Shown: positions 36,153 to 46,710, numbered from the stretch's first letter. The stretch is DNA of 64,000 bases from Longimicrobiales bacterium (GCA_965116905.1 OZ220732.1:1408001-1472000); one strand, 5' to 3'. The notes: generated by a model from the letters alone, not told the origin. A program made the numbers and translations.

Positions 36153-36560
36153 GTGGACAAGGAGGCTCGGCTCAGCTGGACCGGTTCCGGTCTGGTCTTT
36201 GACGGCGGGGCCCCCGGGGGTCCACAGATCGTGATCGACGGGGACTGCGCCGTCGGCCCGTCCCCCATGGATCTGGTACTGATGGCCGTTGCGGCGTGCA
36301 TGGCCATCGACGTCAAGGTGATTCTCGAAAAGGGCCGTGTTCCGTTCGACGGTCTCGATGTGCGCGCCGAAGGAGAACGCCGCGAAGAGCCGCCGCGAAG
36401 CTATCGTGCGGCGCGACTAGTGTTTACGGTGACGGGAGTGCCCCCCGCGAGCCGTGACCGGGTCGATCGCGCCATCCGGCTGTCGCGCGAGAAATACTGT
36501 TCGGTCCTGTTTTCGCTTCGGGAGGACCTGGAGGTCGATACCGTTATCGAGGGAGCATAG
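36153..36560 (+). CDS. OsmC family protein
   Basis: GPSPMDLVLMAVAACMAIDV...AIRLSREKYCSV. Confidence 0.88.
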   Translation: MDKEARLSWTGSGLVFDGGAPGGPQIVIDGDCAVGPSPMDLVLMAVAACMAIDVKVILEKGRVPFDGLDVRAEGERREEPPRSYRAARLVFTVTGVPPASRDRVDRAIRLSREKYCSVLFSLREDLEVDTVIEGA

Positions 36561-36564
36561 GCCC

Positions 36565-38394
36565 ATGTCCGACACCGTCAACTACTTTGCCAACCCGGCG
36601 GATATCCCGGATGGAACGCTGGTCGATCTCTTTTTCGACACTTGCGAGCGGTTTTCGGACCACGACGCCTACAATCCGGCCGGAACGGGGGGAGCCCTCA
36701 CCTATGCCAGGGTGCGGGACGAGGTTCGACGTGGCGCCGCCGCCCTCGCGCACTTCGGGATCAAGCGCGGCGACCGTGTCGCCATTCTTGCGGAAAACAG
36801 GCTGGAATGGGCACTGGCGGACTGGGCATGCCTGTGTGCCGGGGCGGTCGACGTACCCATCTACAGCACCCTCCCCGCGGCCCAGGTCGCCTACATCCTT
36901 GAGAACTCGGGCGCTTCGCTGGTCTTCGTTTCCGACGCCGAGCAGCATGAAAAGGCGCGGGAGGCCATTGCGCGCGCGGGGCTGGACCTGACGGTCGTCG
37001 TGTTCGACGGTGGGGCGGACCTGGACGGCGCCACAAGCTGGGACGATTTCGTTGCAGCCGGTGACGGTGCGTCGATGAACGATTTCGTGGCAGAGGCGCG
37101 CCGGGCCCGGCCGCACGATCTCGCCACGATGATCTACACCTCGGGTACCACGGGTACGCCCAAGGGGGTCATGCTGACCCACAACAACCTCAGCTCGAAC
37201 ATCTGGGCGACCGGCGAGATCCTGACGCTGGGCAGCAACGACTGCAGCCTGTCGTTCCTGCCCCTGTCCCATGTTCTCCAGCGCATGGTGGACTACGTCT
37301 TCTTCGCGGCAGGGTGCACGGTGACGCACGGCTCGATCGAGACCGTCCCCGCCGACATGAAACGCCTGCGGCCGACCGTGCTGGTCTCGGTGCCGCGCCT
37401 GTACGAAAAGGTCTACCAGAGCGTACTGGATGCGGGCGGGGTGAAGGGGAAGCTGGTATCCTGGGCGGCGGGAGTGGGGCGCCGCGTGGCGCTGCACAGG
37501 GAGCGCGGTGTGAAGCCCCCGTTCCTTCTGAACCTGCAGTACGGGATCGCGGACCGGCTGGTCTTCGGGAAGATTCGCGAGGCCGTGGGCGGGCGGCTCC
37601 GGTACTTCGTGAGCGGCGGGGCGGCGCTCGCGCCCGAGATCAACCGGTTCTTCCTGGGGGCGGGCATCACCATCCTGGAGGGATACGGCCTCAGCGAGAC
37701 GTCTCCCGTCACGAACGTGAACTCGTTCGAGCACTTCAGGATCGGGACGGTGGGCCGTCCGGTGCCCGGCACCGAGATAAGGATCGACGATGACGGGGAG
37801 ATCCTGATTCGGGGTCCGCAGGTGATGATGGGGTACTACGGGTTGGAAGAGATGACCCGCGAGGTGATTTCGGAGGACGGCTGGTTCAGCACCGGAGACA
37901 TCGGTGAACTGAGCAGCGACGGGTATTTGAAGATTACCGACAGGAAGAAGGACCTCATCAAGACCTCGGGCGGAAAGTACGTCGCGCCGCAGGCGATCGA
38001 GAACCTGCTGAAGAAGAACCCGTACGTCGACCAGGCGGTGGTCGTCGGGGAGGGACGGAAATTCTGCTCGGTGCTGGTTGTCCCGGCCTTCGAACGGCTA
38101 CAGATCTGGGCGGCCGAGGCAGGCCTCGAAACCGGCGACGTGGGGGCCCTCCTGGCGCAGTCCCGGTCCCGCGAACTGCTAAGGGACCAGATTCTGGGGG
38201 AGATGCGGGACCTTGCCCGGTTCGAGACGCCCAAGAAGATCGGGCTTTTGAGCGAGCCGTTCACGGTCGAAAACGGTACCCTTACCCCGACCCAGAAGGT
38301 GAAGCGCTCCGTCGTCACGGAACGGTATGCCGAGCTGGTCGATTCCTTCTATCGGCCCGAGTCCGTCGAGCAGACGATCTTTTTGGCGTCGTGA
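36565..38394 (+). CDS. Long-chain fatty acid-CoA ligase (AMP-binding)
   Basis: IYTSGTTGTPKGVMLTH, EGYGLSET, WFSTGDIG, ITDRKKDLIKTSGGKYVAP, LTPTQKVKR. Confidence 0.93.
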   Translation: MSDTVNYFANPADIPDGTLVDLFFDTCERFSDHDAYNPAGTGGALTYARVRDEVRRGAAALAHFGIKRGDRVAILAENRLEWALADWACLCAGAVDVPIYSTLPAAQVAYILENSGASLVFVSDAEQHEKAREAIARAGLDLTVVVFDGGADLDGATSWDDFVAAGDGASMNDFVAEARRARPHDLATMIYTSGTTGTPKGVMLTHNNLSSNIWATGEILTLGSNDCSLSFLPLSHVLQRMVDYVFFAAGCTVTHGSIETVPADMKRLRPTVLVSVPRLYEKVYQSVLDAGGVKGKLVSWAAGVGRRVALHRERGVKPPFLLNLQYGIADRLVFGKIREAVGGRLRYFVSGGAALAPEINRFFLGAGITILEGYGLSETSPVTNVNSFEHFRIGTVGRPVPGTEIRIDDDGEILIRGPQVMMGYYGLEEMTREVISEDGWFSTGDIGELSSDGYLKITDRKKDLIKTSGGKYVAPQAIENLLKKNPYVDQAVVVGEGRKFCSVLVVPAFERLQIWAAEAGLETGDVGALLAQSRSRELLRDQILGEMRDLARFETPKKIGLLSEPFTVENGTLTPTQKVKRSVVTERYAELVDSFYRPESVEQTIFLAS

Positions 38395-38425
38395 CGGGTA
38401 TAGGACGTCTGGACGGGCACCTGAC

Positions 38426-38758
38426 ATGACGGCTGGGAGCGAGACCGGCGTTGTGACGGTGCTGATGACCGCGCCGGGCGTGGAAGTTGCCGAGGCGGTC
38501 GTGCGCCGGTTGCTGGACGACCGGCTCATCGCCTGCGGGAACGTGTTGCCAGGAGCGGTCAGCCTGTATCGCTGGGAGGGAGAGGTCCACCGCGACGAGG
38601 AAGCGCTCGTCGTCCTCAAGACCCTGCGCCGCCTGGTGCCCGGCATGCTGGAGCGGGCAGGTGAATTGCACCCGTACGACGTGCCCGAACTCCTCGTCCA
38701 GCCGGTGGTGGCCGGATGCGCGGACTATCTGGAGTGGGTGGAAAATGAGTGCTGCTGA
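38426..38758 (+). CDS. cutA: Divalent-cation tolerance protein CutA
   Basis: RLIACGN, SLYRWEGEV, HPYDVPE, YLEWV. Confidence 0.9.
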   Translation: MTAGSETGVVTVLMTAPGVEVAEAVVRRLLDDRLIACGNVLPGAVSLYRWEGEVHRDEEALVVLKTLRRLVPGMLERAGELHPYDVPELLVQPVVAGCADYLEWVENECC

Positions 38759-39272
38759 AGTCGAGATGCTCGATCGAATCAAATCCTTCTTTTTCCGCGA
38801 GATGGCACCTCCGAGCGAGGAGGAGGCCGGCGGACCGAGCGCCGAGGACCTCCGTATCGCGGCCTGCGCCCTGTTGCTGGAGGTGGCCCACGCCGACGAC
38901 CACTTCAGTGCGGGCGAGCGCCGACACCTGCGCAACCTCGTGCGGCGGCACTTCGGACTCCGGGCGGAAGCGGCGGCAGAGTTGATCGTCGTCGCGGAAT
39001 ATGAGCGCCAGCGCCGCACGGATCTCTGGGGCTTCGCAAGGCTGGTCAAGGCGCACTATTCCACGGGGCAGAAGCTGGTTCTCGCGGAAGCCATGTGGGG
39101 GCTGGTCCTGGCCGACGGCAAGCTCGCCGCGCGCGAGGACTACATCATGAGGAAGATCTCCCGCCTCGTCGGGCTCAAGACGGGCTATCTGGCCGAAGCC
39201 AGGAAGCGGCTGGAGGAGACGAAAGCCGATCCGGAATCCGGGACGGCGCGCACGAGTGAGGAGACGCCATGA
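38745..39272 (+). CDS. TerB-family protein
   Basis: AACALLLEVAHADDHFSAGE...MWGLVLADGKLAAREDYIMRKI; start 38745 or 38766. Confidence 0.82.
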   Translation: MSAAEVEMLDRIKSFFFREMAPPSEEEAGGPSAEDLRIAACALLLEVAHADDHFSAGERRHLRNLVRRHFGLRAEAAAELIVVAEYERQRRTDLWGFARLVKAHYSTGQKLVLAEAMWGLVLADGKLAAREDYIMRKISRLVGLKTGYLAEARKRLEETKADPESGTARTSEETP

Positions 39273-39601
39273 TCCTGAAGATCCTCGGCGGCATCGCCGC
39301 GCTTGCACTGGGCATCTACCTGGGGCTCCCCGGGAAGGGTGGCCCGGTCGCCGCGCGCGGCCGACGCTGGCTGACGCACGATCGTGGAAAGAAGGCCGCC
39401 CACGACGAAGCCGAGCTGGAGCAGCTGGAGCGGGATCTCGGCCGGGCCACGACGCTCAGCAGGCGCGCCAAGCGCCATTTCACGCCGCTCGACCTGTTGA
39501 AAAGTCGCGGGCGGGCCTCGGACCGACGCCGCACGCGCCGGTACTTCCGCACTGCGGCACCCTCCCGGGGGCGCGGAGGAAGGCGACGGGGCGGCCGTTA
39601 G
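39269..39601 (+). CDS. Hypothetical small membrane-anchored basic protein
   Basis: ATGA overlap, GAGGAG RBS, N-terminal TM. Confidence 0.65.
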   Translation: MILKILGGIAALALGIYLGLPGKGGPVAARGRRWLTHDRGKKAAHDEAELEQLERDLGRATTLSRRAKRHFTPLDLLKSRGRASDRRRTRRYFRTAAPSRGRGGRRRGGR

Positions 39602-39683
39602 TCCGGGCCAGCGGCGTTCCGGGGGACGCCGGGGACGCCGGGGACAAGTGGACGCCGCGGACGCAGCGGCTGTCGACGTCCGG

Positions 39684-41252
39684 CTACGTCCAGACGGTGT
39701 TGAGCAGGACCAGAAGTCCCCCGATCACGGCTCCGAGCATGTACCCGAGATAGATGATCGTGCGCAGTTCGCGGCCCGTCACCCGGCGGACGAGGTGCTC
39801 CATCTGTTCGACAGGGAACTCACGCACCTTGTCTTCAACGCGACGCCGGACGTCGAGACGCCGCACCACCGCGGGTATCTGGGACTGAAGCCACTGCCAT
39901 AACGGCCCGCTCACGGCGTTCTGGAGCCGGCGCGGCGCGTCGGCGGGCAGCAGGCGGGCGGGGCGGCCGATGGGACGCTCCATCACCGCCGTCGCCAGGC
40001 GCTGCGAGCTTGTGCGGTAGATGGCGGAGGCGATGTCGCTGCGGGCGGCCCGAACCACCCATTGCGCAAGCCTGTCCGGGGGCACGCCCTCCAGCAGTTC
40101 GCCCCAGGTCCGTCGGGACGCGCGGGCGAGGCCTGCTTCCAGTTTCTCGATCACGAATGCCCGGGTGGAAGGATCTCTTGCAAGCTCCACGACCCAGTCG
40201 ACGACGGCATCGATGGACTTGATCACCGCGGGGTCGTCGGGGTCGCCGAGGACCTCGTTGATCGGCCGATTCAGGAAGTCCGCGACCGCATCGCCGATTC
40301 CCGTCGCCATCGCTTCGCGTACCGGACGCTCCCGGAACATCTCGGCGATCCGGTCGGCACCCTCGACGCGCAACGCATCCAGCACCTTCGTTACGGTGTC
40401 CTCGTTCATGACCAGGCGGGCGACGACGCGCTGATGGAACTTCAGGTCCTGCAGGAAGCGCCGCAAAACGTCCTGTGTCGCCCGCTCGAAGCGCTTCCGC
40501 GCGGCGGGCTTCTCCAGCACCGATCCCAGCCGGCGAATCGCCAGCGGGACGTACCCGGCTATGGCCCGCTCCACCGTGTCGACCAGACCGGGGGGAAGAA
40601 TGTCCTGGATCGTCAGATCGGGGGTCAGCAGTCGCTCTGCACCCCGCTTCACGTAGATCGAGACGGTCTCCCGAAAGCCGTCGCTGGAGACGGAACTCTG
40701 CATCCACCGCTCGACCGCCGCGGTCACCGAAGCCTCGCGTGCCGGGGTGAGGATGTCGCCCACCGGCTCGGCGGCGAGGAATGTCGTGAGTTCGGCCGCT
40801 CTTTCCTGGACGGAAGCCTCGAAGCGGGGTGACTGGAGGTGCTCCTCCAGCAGGACCAGGCCGTGGCTGAGCACCTCCTCGACGATACTGTCGACCTCGG
40901 GCTTCAGCTCCGGGCCAAGAAGGTTGCTGACCGAACCGCGCTCGACCTCGAGGACCTCATGAATGAAGGCGCCGAGTCTCTCGTCGAATGCCTCCCGAAA
41001 CTCGGGCTGCCGGAAAACGAGGGTCAGGTCTTCGTCAGTGAGGAGCCGGTCGCCCACCGCACGACCGATGGCGGTGGCGAGCCTGGGCTGGTTCTTGGGG
41101 ATTGCGCCCTGTAGAAGTCGCAGCCTGCGACCGCCCAGTGTCGGCGGTCTGTACGGATGGAAGAGCATCCAGATCGCGATCGTGTTCGTCAAGCCTCCGG
41201 CGAGAGAACCGACCACGACCGTCACGATGGCCCGGAGCACGGCTTCGCTCAT
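39684..41252 (-). CDS. DUF445 family membrane protein
   Basis: GGLTNTIAIWMLFHPY, QGAIPK, ELRTIIYLGYMLGAVIG. Confidence 0.88.
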   Translation of the reverse strand: MSEAVLRAIVTVVVGSLAGGLTNTIAIWMLFHPYRPPTLGGRRLRLLQGAIPKNQPRLATAIGRAVGDRLLTDEDLTLVFRQPEFREAFDERLGAFIHEVLEVERGSVSNLLGPELKPEVDSIVEEVLSHGLVLLEEHLQSPRFEASVQERAAELTTFLAAEPVGDILTPAREASVTAAVERWMQSSVSSDGFRETVSIYVKRGAERLLTPDLTIQDILPPGLVDTVERAIAGYVPLAIRRLGSVLEKPAARKRFERATQDVLRRFLQDLKFHQRVVARLVMNEDTVTKVLDALRVEGADRIAEMFRERPVREAMATGIGDAVADFLNRPINEVLGDPDDPAVIKSIDAVVDWVVELARDPSTRAFVIEKLEAGLARASRRTWGELLEGVPPDRLAQWVVRAARSDIASAIYRTSSQRLATAVMERPIGRPARLLPADAPRRLQNAVSGPLWQWLQSQIPAVVRRLDVRRRVEDKVREFPVEQMEHLVRRVTGRELRTIIYLGYMLGAVIGGLLVLLNTVWT

Positions 41253-41258
41253 TGCCGC

Positions 41259-42614
41259 TTATCTCTGCTGGTGCCGCAGGAAGCCCTTTACAGCAACCCG
41301 GTTGTCGTCGGTGCTCACCGTGCCATCGACTTCGTAGACCCCCAGAACGGGAAGGATGGGGCCCGTGGCGTCCAGGGTGAGGTGATGGGCGCTCACGGAC
41401 TGGAACTCGCCGCGGAGGGTGCCATCCGAGGAACGGAAGCGCCAGAGCACCGGGATGTCGCGGCGCGCCCGCTCGAAGCTTCGGGTCTCGCTCCAGGTCA
41501 CGGAGACCGATGGCCAGAATCGCTCCTCTGCGCCCAGTCGAGCCCAGGCCCGGTACTCGTCGGATCCGTCCCCGTTCGAGAGGAGGATCTGCAGCTGGTC
41601 GTCGCCAAGGAGCAGGGCCCACTCACCCGACCCATCGGATGAACCGGCACGCGCCCCCGCGGCGTCCAAAACCCACCCGGACCTTTCCTCCCCTCCGAGG
41701 CGCGTGATTCCGTTCAGGAGCCGATACCGCCCCCCGCGCGAGTCGATCCACTCGACGACGGCGTCGCCGACCCTTACGGACACGTCGCGGATCCCGTCCT
41801 GGTAGTAGATCTCGCGCAGTACGTCATCCTGTTCCACGATCATGCGCGTAGGACCCCTGGGGATGATGCGCCACGGGGCGCGCCGGGTGGGCGCGGTGGC
41901 CCAGGCTTCTTCCGTGAGCATGATCCAGTGGGCGCCCCTTCCCACCCATCCCCGCATGGTGCGGTGGGTGCTGTCGGCAAGTTCGAGGTTTTCGAAGTCC
42001 CAGGACACGAAGACCGTGGTGTCCTGTTCGGTGTCGACGAACACGACGGTTCTATGGTAGGTGGTGGACACCTCGGCCTCGGGGGTCGCTTCGGCGGTGA
42101 CGGAGCCGGCCGACGGATCCTCCGCGCTGGTGGGGGCCGGGTCGGGTGAACCGCGGTCACAGGCCAGCGCCAGCGTGCACGCCGTCATGAGGACAACCGT
42201 CGGGGCGGTGTGGGGTCGGGCGGCCAGCACTTGCTCGGGACGTACCGCCAATGAGCGGTCCAGCTCGCGGAAGAATCGATCGATCCGGCGCTGGTTGATC
42301 GGCAGTCTTCCTTCGTCGGCCACGTTGCGGATGGACATGTCGACGCGCGTCTGCCCGTCCGCGTCCAGCTTGACCGAAATCAGCACGGTGGCTGCCAGTG
42401 GAATCGGCCAGCTGGTCACGTCGGCTGCAACGAGGCCGATCTGATCGTCCCACCGGGCGATCTTCCATCCCTTCAGTCCGCCACCGGCCAACGCGACAAT
42501 TGCATCCCAGACGGTGCCGAACGGGATCGCATAGGTGCGTCCCACGAGACCGGGATTGTCGGAATCGGCACTGGTCCGGACGTCCTGCCCCGCGAATCCC
42601 TTCCAGAATCTCAC
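41259..42614 (-). CDS. Hypothetical protein: DUF1499-like N-terminal domain fused to an exported beta-rich domain
   Basis: GRTYAIPF...TRVDMS...NQRRIDRF resembles DUF1499; internal hydrophobic segment ending LALAC; start uncertain (GTG 42614 or 42677). Confidence 0.6.
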   Translation of the reverse strand: MRFWKGFAGQDVRTSADSDNPGLVGRTYAIPFGTVWDAIVALAGGGLKGWKIARWDDQIGLVAADVTSWPIPLAATVLISVKLDADGQTRVDMSIRNVADEGRLPINQRRIDRFFRELDRSLAVRPEQVLAARPHTAPTVVLMTACTLALACDRGSPDPAPTSAEDPSAGSVTAEATPEAEVSTTYHRTVVFVDTEQDTTVFVSWDFENLELADSTHRTMRGWVGRGAHWIMLTEEAWATAPTRRAPWRIIPRGPTRMIVEQDDVLREIYYQDGIRDVSVRVGDAVVEWIDSRGGRYRLLNGITRLGGEERSGWVLDAAGARAGSSDGSGEWALLLGDDQLQILLSNGDGSDEYRAWARLGAEERFWPSVSVTWSETRSFERARRDIPVLWRFRSSDGTLRGEFQSVSAHHLTLDATGPILPVLGVYEVDGTVSTDDNRVAVKGFLRHQQR

Positions 42615-42892
42615 AGTTGTCCGATGTTCAAGTATTGCTCCGTGTGTGGCGGCAGGTGCCGAGGTGTCCCATGGCAAAGCTGTTCAAGGGCGGCATATGA
42701 GGTCAACACCGGAGTGGTCCGAGGCGTCCGGCGAGGCTCTGCGGTTCGGTCGCCCCGGGGGCCCATGGTGCTGTGAATGTACGCGACCGCTGCGGGGAGC
42801 GCTTTCCTCCGGCGGACGTAAGCCGCAATCTTGATTGTGGTGTGAGGCGCGAGTGCCGGATCGGAAATCGCCCGGCATTGAACGGAGAGGGA

Positions 42893-44200
42893 ATGGACGA
42901 GAATCGGCTGATACACGACTGGAACGTTGAGGAGTTCGACACGCTGGCATGGGGGCGCCATGTCGAGTTGGACGACGAGACCCTGAGGGACGGGCTCCAG
43001 TCTCCGTCGGTCATCGATCCCCCGATCGGCGCCAAGATCCAGCTGATCCACATGATGCACGAGCTGGGCATCCACGCCGCGGATATCGGTCTCCCCGGCG
43101 CCGGTCCCCGGGCGGCGGGCGACGTGACGCGCCTGTGCGAGGAAATCCGGGACGCCCACCTGTCGATCGAGCCCAACTGCGCGGCCCGGACCATGCTGGC
43201 GGATGTGGAGCCGGTCGTCAGGATAGCGCACCGAACGGGCGTCCGCCTGGAGGTCTCGGCGTTCATCGGCAGTTCGCCCATACGGCGCTATGCGGAGGGG
43301 TGGACACTGGATCACATGCTGCGGACCGCCGAGGAGTCGGTCTCGTTCTGCGTGCGCGAAGGATTGCCCGTCATGTTCGTGACCGAGGACACGACCAGGG
43401 CGGACGCCGCCACCTTGCGGACGCTGTACGGGAACGCGATTGAGTGGGGCGTGAGGCGGATCTGCCTTTCGGACACGGTCGGCCACGCCACGCCCTCGGG
43501 CGTCCGGGCACTCATTCGCTTTGTGAGGCGCGAGATTATCGACGCGTCCGGCGTGCGCGTCAAGCTGGACTGGCACGGACATCGCGACCGGGGACTGGGG
43601 CTGGCAAACGCACTGGCTGCGATCGAGGCCGGTGCCGATCGGATCCACGCGACCGCGATGGGAATCGGCGAGCGAGTGGGCAACGTCGAGATGGATCTGC
43701 TGCTGGTCAACCTGGCGCTTGCGGGCGTCCACGATGCCAATCTGGCGAGACTTGCGGACTACTGCGAACTGGTTTCCCGCGAGTGCGGTGTCCCCCTGCC
43801 GCCGAACTACCCGGTACTGGGAGATGACGCTTTCCGCACGGCCACCGGGGTGCACGCGGCCGCGATCGTCAAGGCCAAGACCAAGGGCGCCAACTGGCTG
43901 GCGGACCGGGTCTACTCCGGCGTGCCCGCGTCGATGGTCGGCAGATCCCAGGAAATCGAGGTGGGGCCCATGTCGGGTATCTCGAACGTGAAGTACTGGC
44001 TGGCCCGCCGGGGCTTCGATCCGGGCGACGGCGATCTGTGTGCGCGGGTGCTGGAGCGCGCCAAGAGCGTCGACCATACGCTTACGGAGGCCGAGGTGCT
44101 GGAGATCGTTCGCGGGCCGTCCGTGGGGGCGCCCGACGTGGGAGCGTCCGATTTGGGGGCGCCCGATTTGGGAGCTTCCGACGGGGAACCGGGCGCCTGA
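42893..44200 (+). CDS. DRE-TIM metallolyase, 2-isopropylmalate/homocitrate/citramalate synthase-like (no regulatory domain)
   Basis: DETLRDGLQ, LSDTVG, HGHRDRGLGLANA, GIGERVGN, TGVHA, GPMSG; GGAGAGG RBS. Confidence 0.85.
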   Translation: MDENRLIHDWNVEEFDTLAWGRHVELDDETLRDGLQSPSVIDPPIGAKIQLIHMMHELGIHAADIGLPGAGPRAAGDVTRLCEEIRDAHLSIEPNCAARTMLADVEPVVRIAHRTGVRLEVSAFIGSSPIRRYAEGWTLDHMLRTAEESVSFCVREGLPVMFVTEDTTRADAATLRTLYGNAIEWGVRRICLSDTVGHATPSGVRALIRFVRREIIDASGVRVKLDWHGHRDRGLGLANALAAIEAGADRIHATAMGIGERVGNVEMDLLLVNLALAGVHDANLARLADYCELVSRECGVPLPPNYPVLGDDAFRTATGVHAAAIVKAKTKGANWLADRVYSGVPASMVGRSQEIEVGPMSGISNVKYWLARRGFDPGDGDLCARVLERAKSVDHTLTEAEVLEIVRGPSVGAPDVGASDLGAPDLGASDGEPGA

Positions 44201-44213
44201 GCCGGGAGGCCTC

Positions 44214-44942
44214 GTGAGCGACGAGTCGGGAGTCCGGCCGCGGGTGCTCGTGATCGAGGACGACGCCGATATCGCGGCGTTGGTCGCCTACCAGTTGACG
44301 CGGGCCGGGTACCGAGTCGAGACCGCGGCGGACGGGACCGAGGGACTGGATGCACTCCACCGCGACATCCCCGACCTGGTCGTCCTGGACCGGATGCTGC
44401 CCGGCCTTTCGGGTGACGAGGTGCTGGGGGCGATTCGGCAGGAGCCGGCCACCCGTTCCGTGCCGGTCCTCGTGGTGAGTGCGAAGAGGGAGCAGTTCGA
44501 GCGAATCGAGGGTTTCGAACTGGGAGCGGACGACTATCTGACCAAACCGTTCAGTCCCCGTGAAATGGTCCTGCGGGTCGACGCCATACTCAGACGCGCC
44601 CGCGCGGACGCTTCGGCGTCGGGCCATGGGGGACGCGTGCTGAAGGCCGGGCCTCTCAGCGTCGACCTTGCTGCCATGCAGGTCACCCTGAACGGTGAGG
44701 AGGTGCCGGTCACCCCCACCGAGCTGCGCCTGCTCAAGACGCTCATGGAGCGCCGTGGACGCACTCAGGATCGCCACCAGCTTCTCGCGGAGGCGTGGAG
44801 CGCCGATCCCGATGTGATCCGGCGCATTCGCACCCGCACGGTGGACATGCACATTCGCCGTCTGCGCACCAAGCTCGGCGTCGCCGGAGAGTGGATCGAG
44901 ACCGTGCGCGGCTTCGGCTACCGGTTTCGAGGATCGGAATGA
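44214..44942 (+). CDS. phoB: OmpR/PhoB-family response regulator
   Basis: VIEDD, LDRMLP, GADDYLTKPF, RTVDMHIRRLR, ETVRGFGY; adjacent to the pst operon. Confidence 0.85.
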   Translation: MSDESGVRPRVLVIEDDADIAALVAYQLTRAGYRVETAADGTEGLDALHRDIPDLVVLDRMLPGLSGDEVLGAIRQEPATRSVPVLVVSAKREQFERIEGFELGADDYLTKPFSPREMVLRVDAILRRARADASASGHGGRVLKAGPLSVDLAAMQVTLNGEEVPVTPTELRLLKTLMERRGRTQDRHQLLAEAWSADPDVIRRIRTRTVDMHIRRLRTKLGVAGEWIETVRGFGYRFRGSE

Positions 44943-44955
44943 TTCGAGGATCGGA

Positions 44956-46710
44956 ATGAGGGTCCCGCTTCGCCCGGCCGTCGCAGGTGTGGGGGCCGGG
45001 GTGGTGGTGATGATCGCGACCGTGGCATGGAGCGTCACGCGCGTGGTCGGGACGGGCGCGATGTACCGCGAGAGCCGGCAGCATCTCGAACCGGCGGTTC
45101 GGCTGGGCGCGGAGCAGTTGCGGGGGTCCCGGGACGTACCGCTGGACAGCGTCGCGAACGCGCTCGCGCTGGCCACCGGTTATCGGGTCAGTGTCTTCGA
45201 CGCGCAACTCGCGCTGATGGCCGATTCGGACCTCGGGCCCGCCCACGCGGACACGATTGCGGATCCCGCCCGCCGCCCGGAGGCAGCTGCCGCGCTGCTG
45301 AGGGTCGACGGCTTTGCGCAGCGGGTCAGCTCGCTTGATGGCCAGGCCTATCTGTTCAGCGCGACCCGGGTGTACTGGCGCGGCGAGAGCATCGTGATCC
45401 GCTTCGGTGCACCCGTCGCCCCCATCCGTGAGGCTGCGGCTAGGGCAGCGGTTTGGGTGGCGCTTGGCGTAACGGTCGCGGGACTGGTCATGCTCGTGCT
45501 TCTGCACCGGTTCGTGGGTGCGGGGGCGACTTCGGTCGACGACACCAGACTCCTTCTCCAGCGATTGGGCGCAGGGCAGTTCTCCGGGCCGCGCGTCAAG
45601 CTCTCGAGGATTGCGGAGCTGGCCCGGCTTGCTTCGGCCGCCAACCGGGTTCGTGGTGAAATGGAAGAGCAGGTCAACCGCGTGACGCGTGAGCGGGACG
45701 AACTGGCACAGCTCATGGACGAGGTAGCCGAGGGCCTGATCGCCCTTACGGACGACGCCCGGATCCTGAGGATCAATCCCGCCGCGATGCAGTTGCTCGG
45801 ACTGGCGGATGTGCTGCCGTTTTCGCCGATCGGGGCCGTGGTCAGGGACCCGGAACTCCGGGACGTGCTGGAGAGTTCGGTGGTCCGGCCGGAGGCGCGA
45901 CTGGAACTTGCAGTGGGAGACCGGGAACTGGAGGTTCGGACCCGGCGGGGTACGGAGGGAGGGTCCGTGGTTCTTCTGGTGGACATTACGGAGATCCGCC
46001 GTCTCGAGGCGGTACGTTCCGATTTCGTGGCCAATGCTTCACACGAATTGAAGACGCCGTTGACCGTTGTCCGGGCTGCGGCGGAGACCGTGCTCGACGA
46101 GGGGCTGCCCGGGGGGCTGCGACAACAGTTCCTGCGTTCCATCGAGAGCAACACGGTCCGGCTGCAGCGGCTCGTGGACGACCTTCTGGATCTGTCGCGG
46201 TACGAATCCGGCGCCTGGCGACCCGACCGACAGCCCTTCAGCGCCGAGCGCGTTGCCTGGTCGGCGTGGGAGGAGCTTGAATCGAAGCGTGCCGGGGGCG
46301 ATGTCGGTTTCCGGGTGGAGGGCGGCGGCGAGGGATTGGGCGACGAGGCCGCCGTCTACCAGATCTTCCGCAACCTTTTCGAGAACGCGCTGCGGTACGT
46401 CCCGGAAAAGGAGGGGCAGGTCGTTGTGGACATCCGTGCGGCAGGCGACACCCTGACCATATCGGTTCGGGACAACGGAACCGGTATTCCGGCAGCGTCG
46501 TTGCCCAGGATCTTCGAACGATTCTACCGGGTGGACGCGGCCCGCTCCAGGGAGGAGGGAGGGACGGGACTGGGGCTGGCCATTGTGCGGCACCTGGTTT
46601 CGAGCATGGGCGGCACTGTCGCTGCCGAGAGCACCTGGGGTTCAGGTACGACGATCACGTTCACCGTTCCCCTGCACGGCGCGGTCCCCGCCCAGGTGGC
46701 GTTGGCATGA
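44956..46710 (+). CDS. phoR: PhoR-like sensor histidine kinase
   Basis: Two TM, PAS-like region, FVANASHELKTPL, NLFENA, DNGTGI, FERFYRVD, GTGLGL. Confidence 0.88.
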   Translation: MRVPLRPAVAGVGAGVVVMIATVAWSVTRVVGTGAMYRESRQHLEPAVRLGAEQLRGSRDVPLDSVANALALATGYRVSVFDAQLALMADSDLGPAHADTIADPARRPEAAAALLRVDGFAQRVSSLDGQAYLFSATRVYWRGESIVIRFGAPVAPIREAAARAAVWVALGVTVAGLVMLVLLHRFVGAGATSVDDTRLLLQRLGAGQFSGPRVKLSRIAELARLASAANRVRGEMEEQVNRVTRERDELAQLMDEVAEGLIALTDDARILRINPAAMQLLGLADVLPFSPIGAVVRDPELRDVLESSVVRPEARLELAVGDRELEVRTRRGTEGGSVVLLVDITEIRRLEAVRSDFVANASHELKTPLTVVRAAAETVLDEGLPGGLRQQFLRSIESNTVRLQRLVDDLLDLSRYESGAWRPDRQPFSAERVAWSAWEELESKRAGGDVGFRVEGGGEGLGDEAAVYQIFRNLFENALRYVPEKEGQVVVDIRAAGDTLTISVRDNGTGIPAASLPRIFERFYRVDAARSREEGGTGLGLAIVRHLVSSMGGTVAAESTWGSGTTITFTVPLHGAVPAQVALA

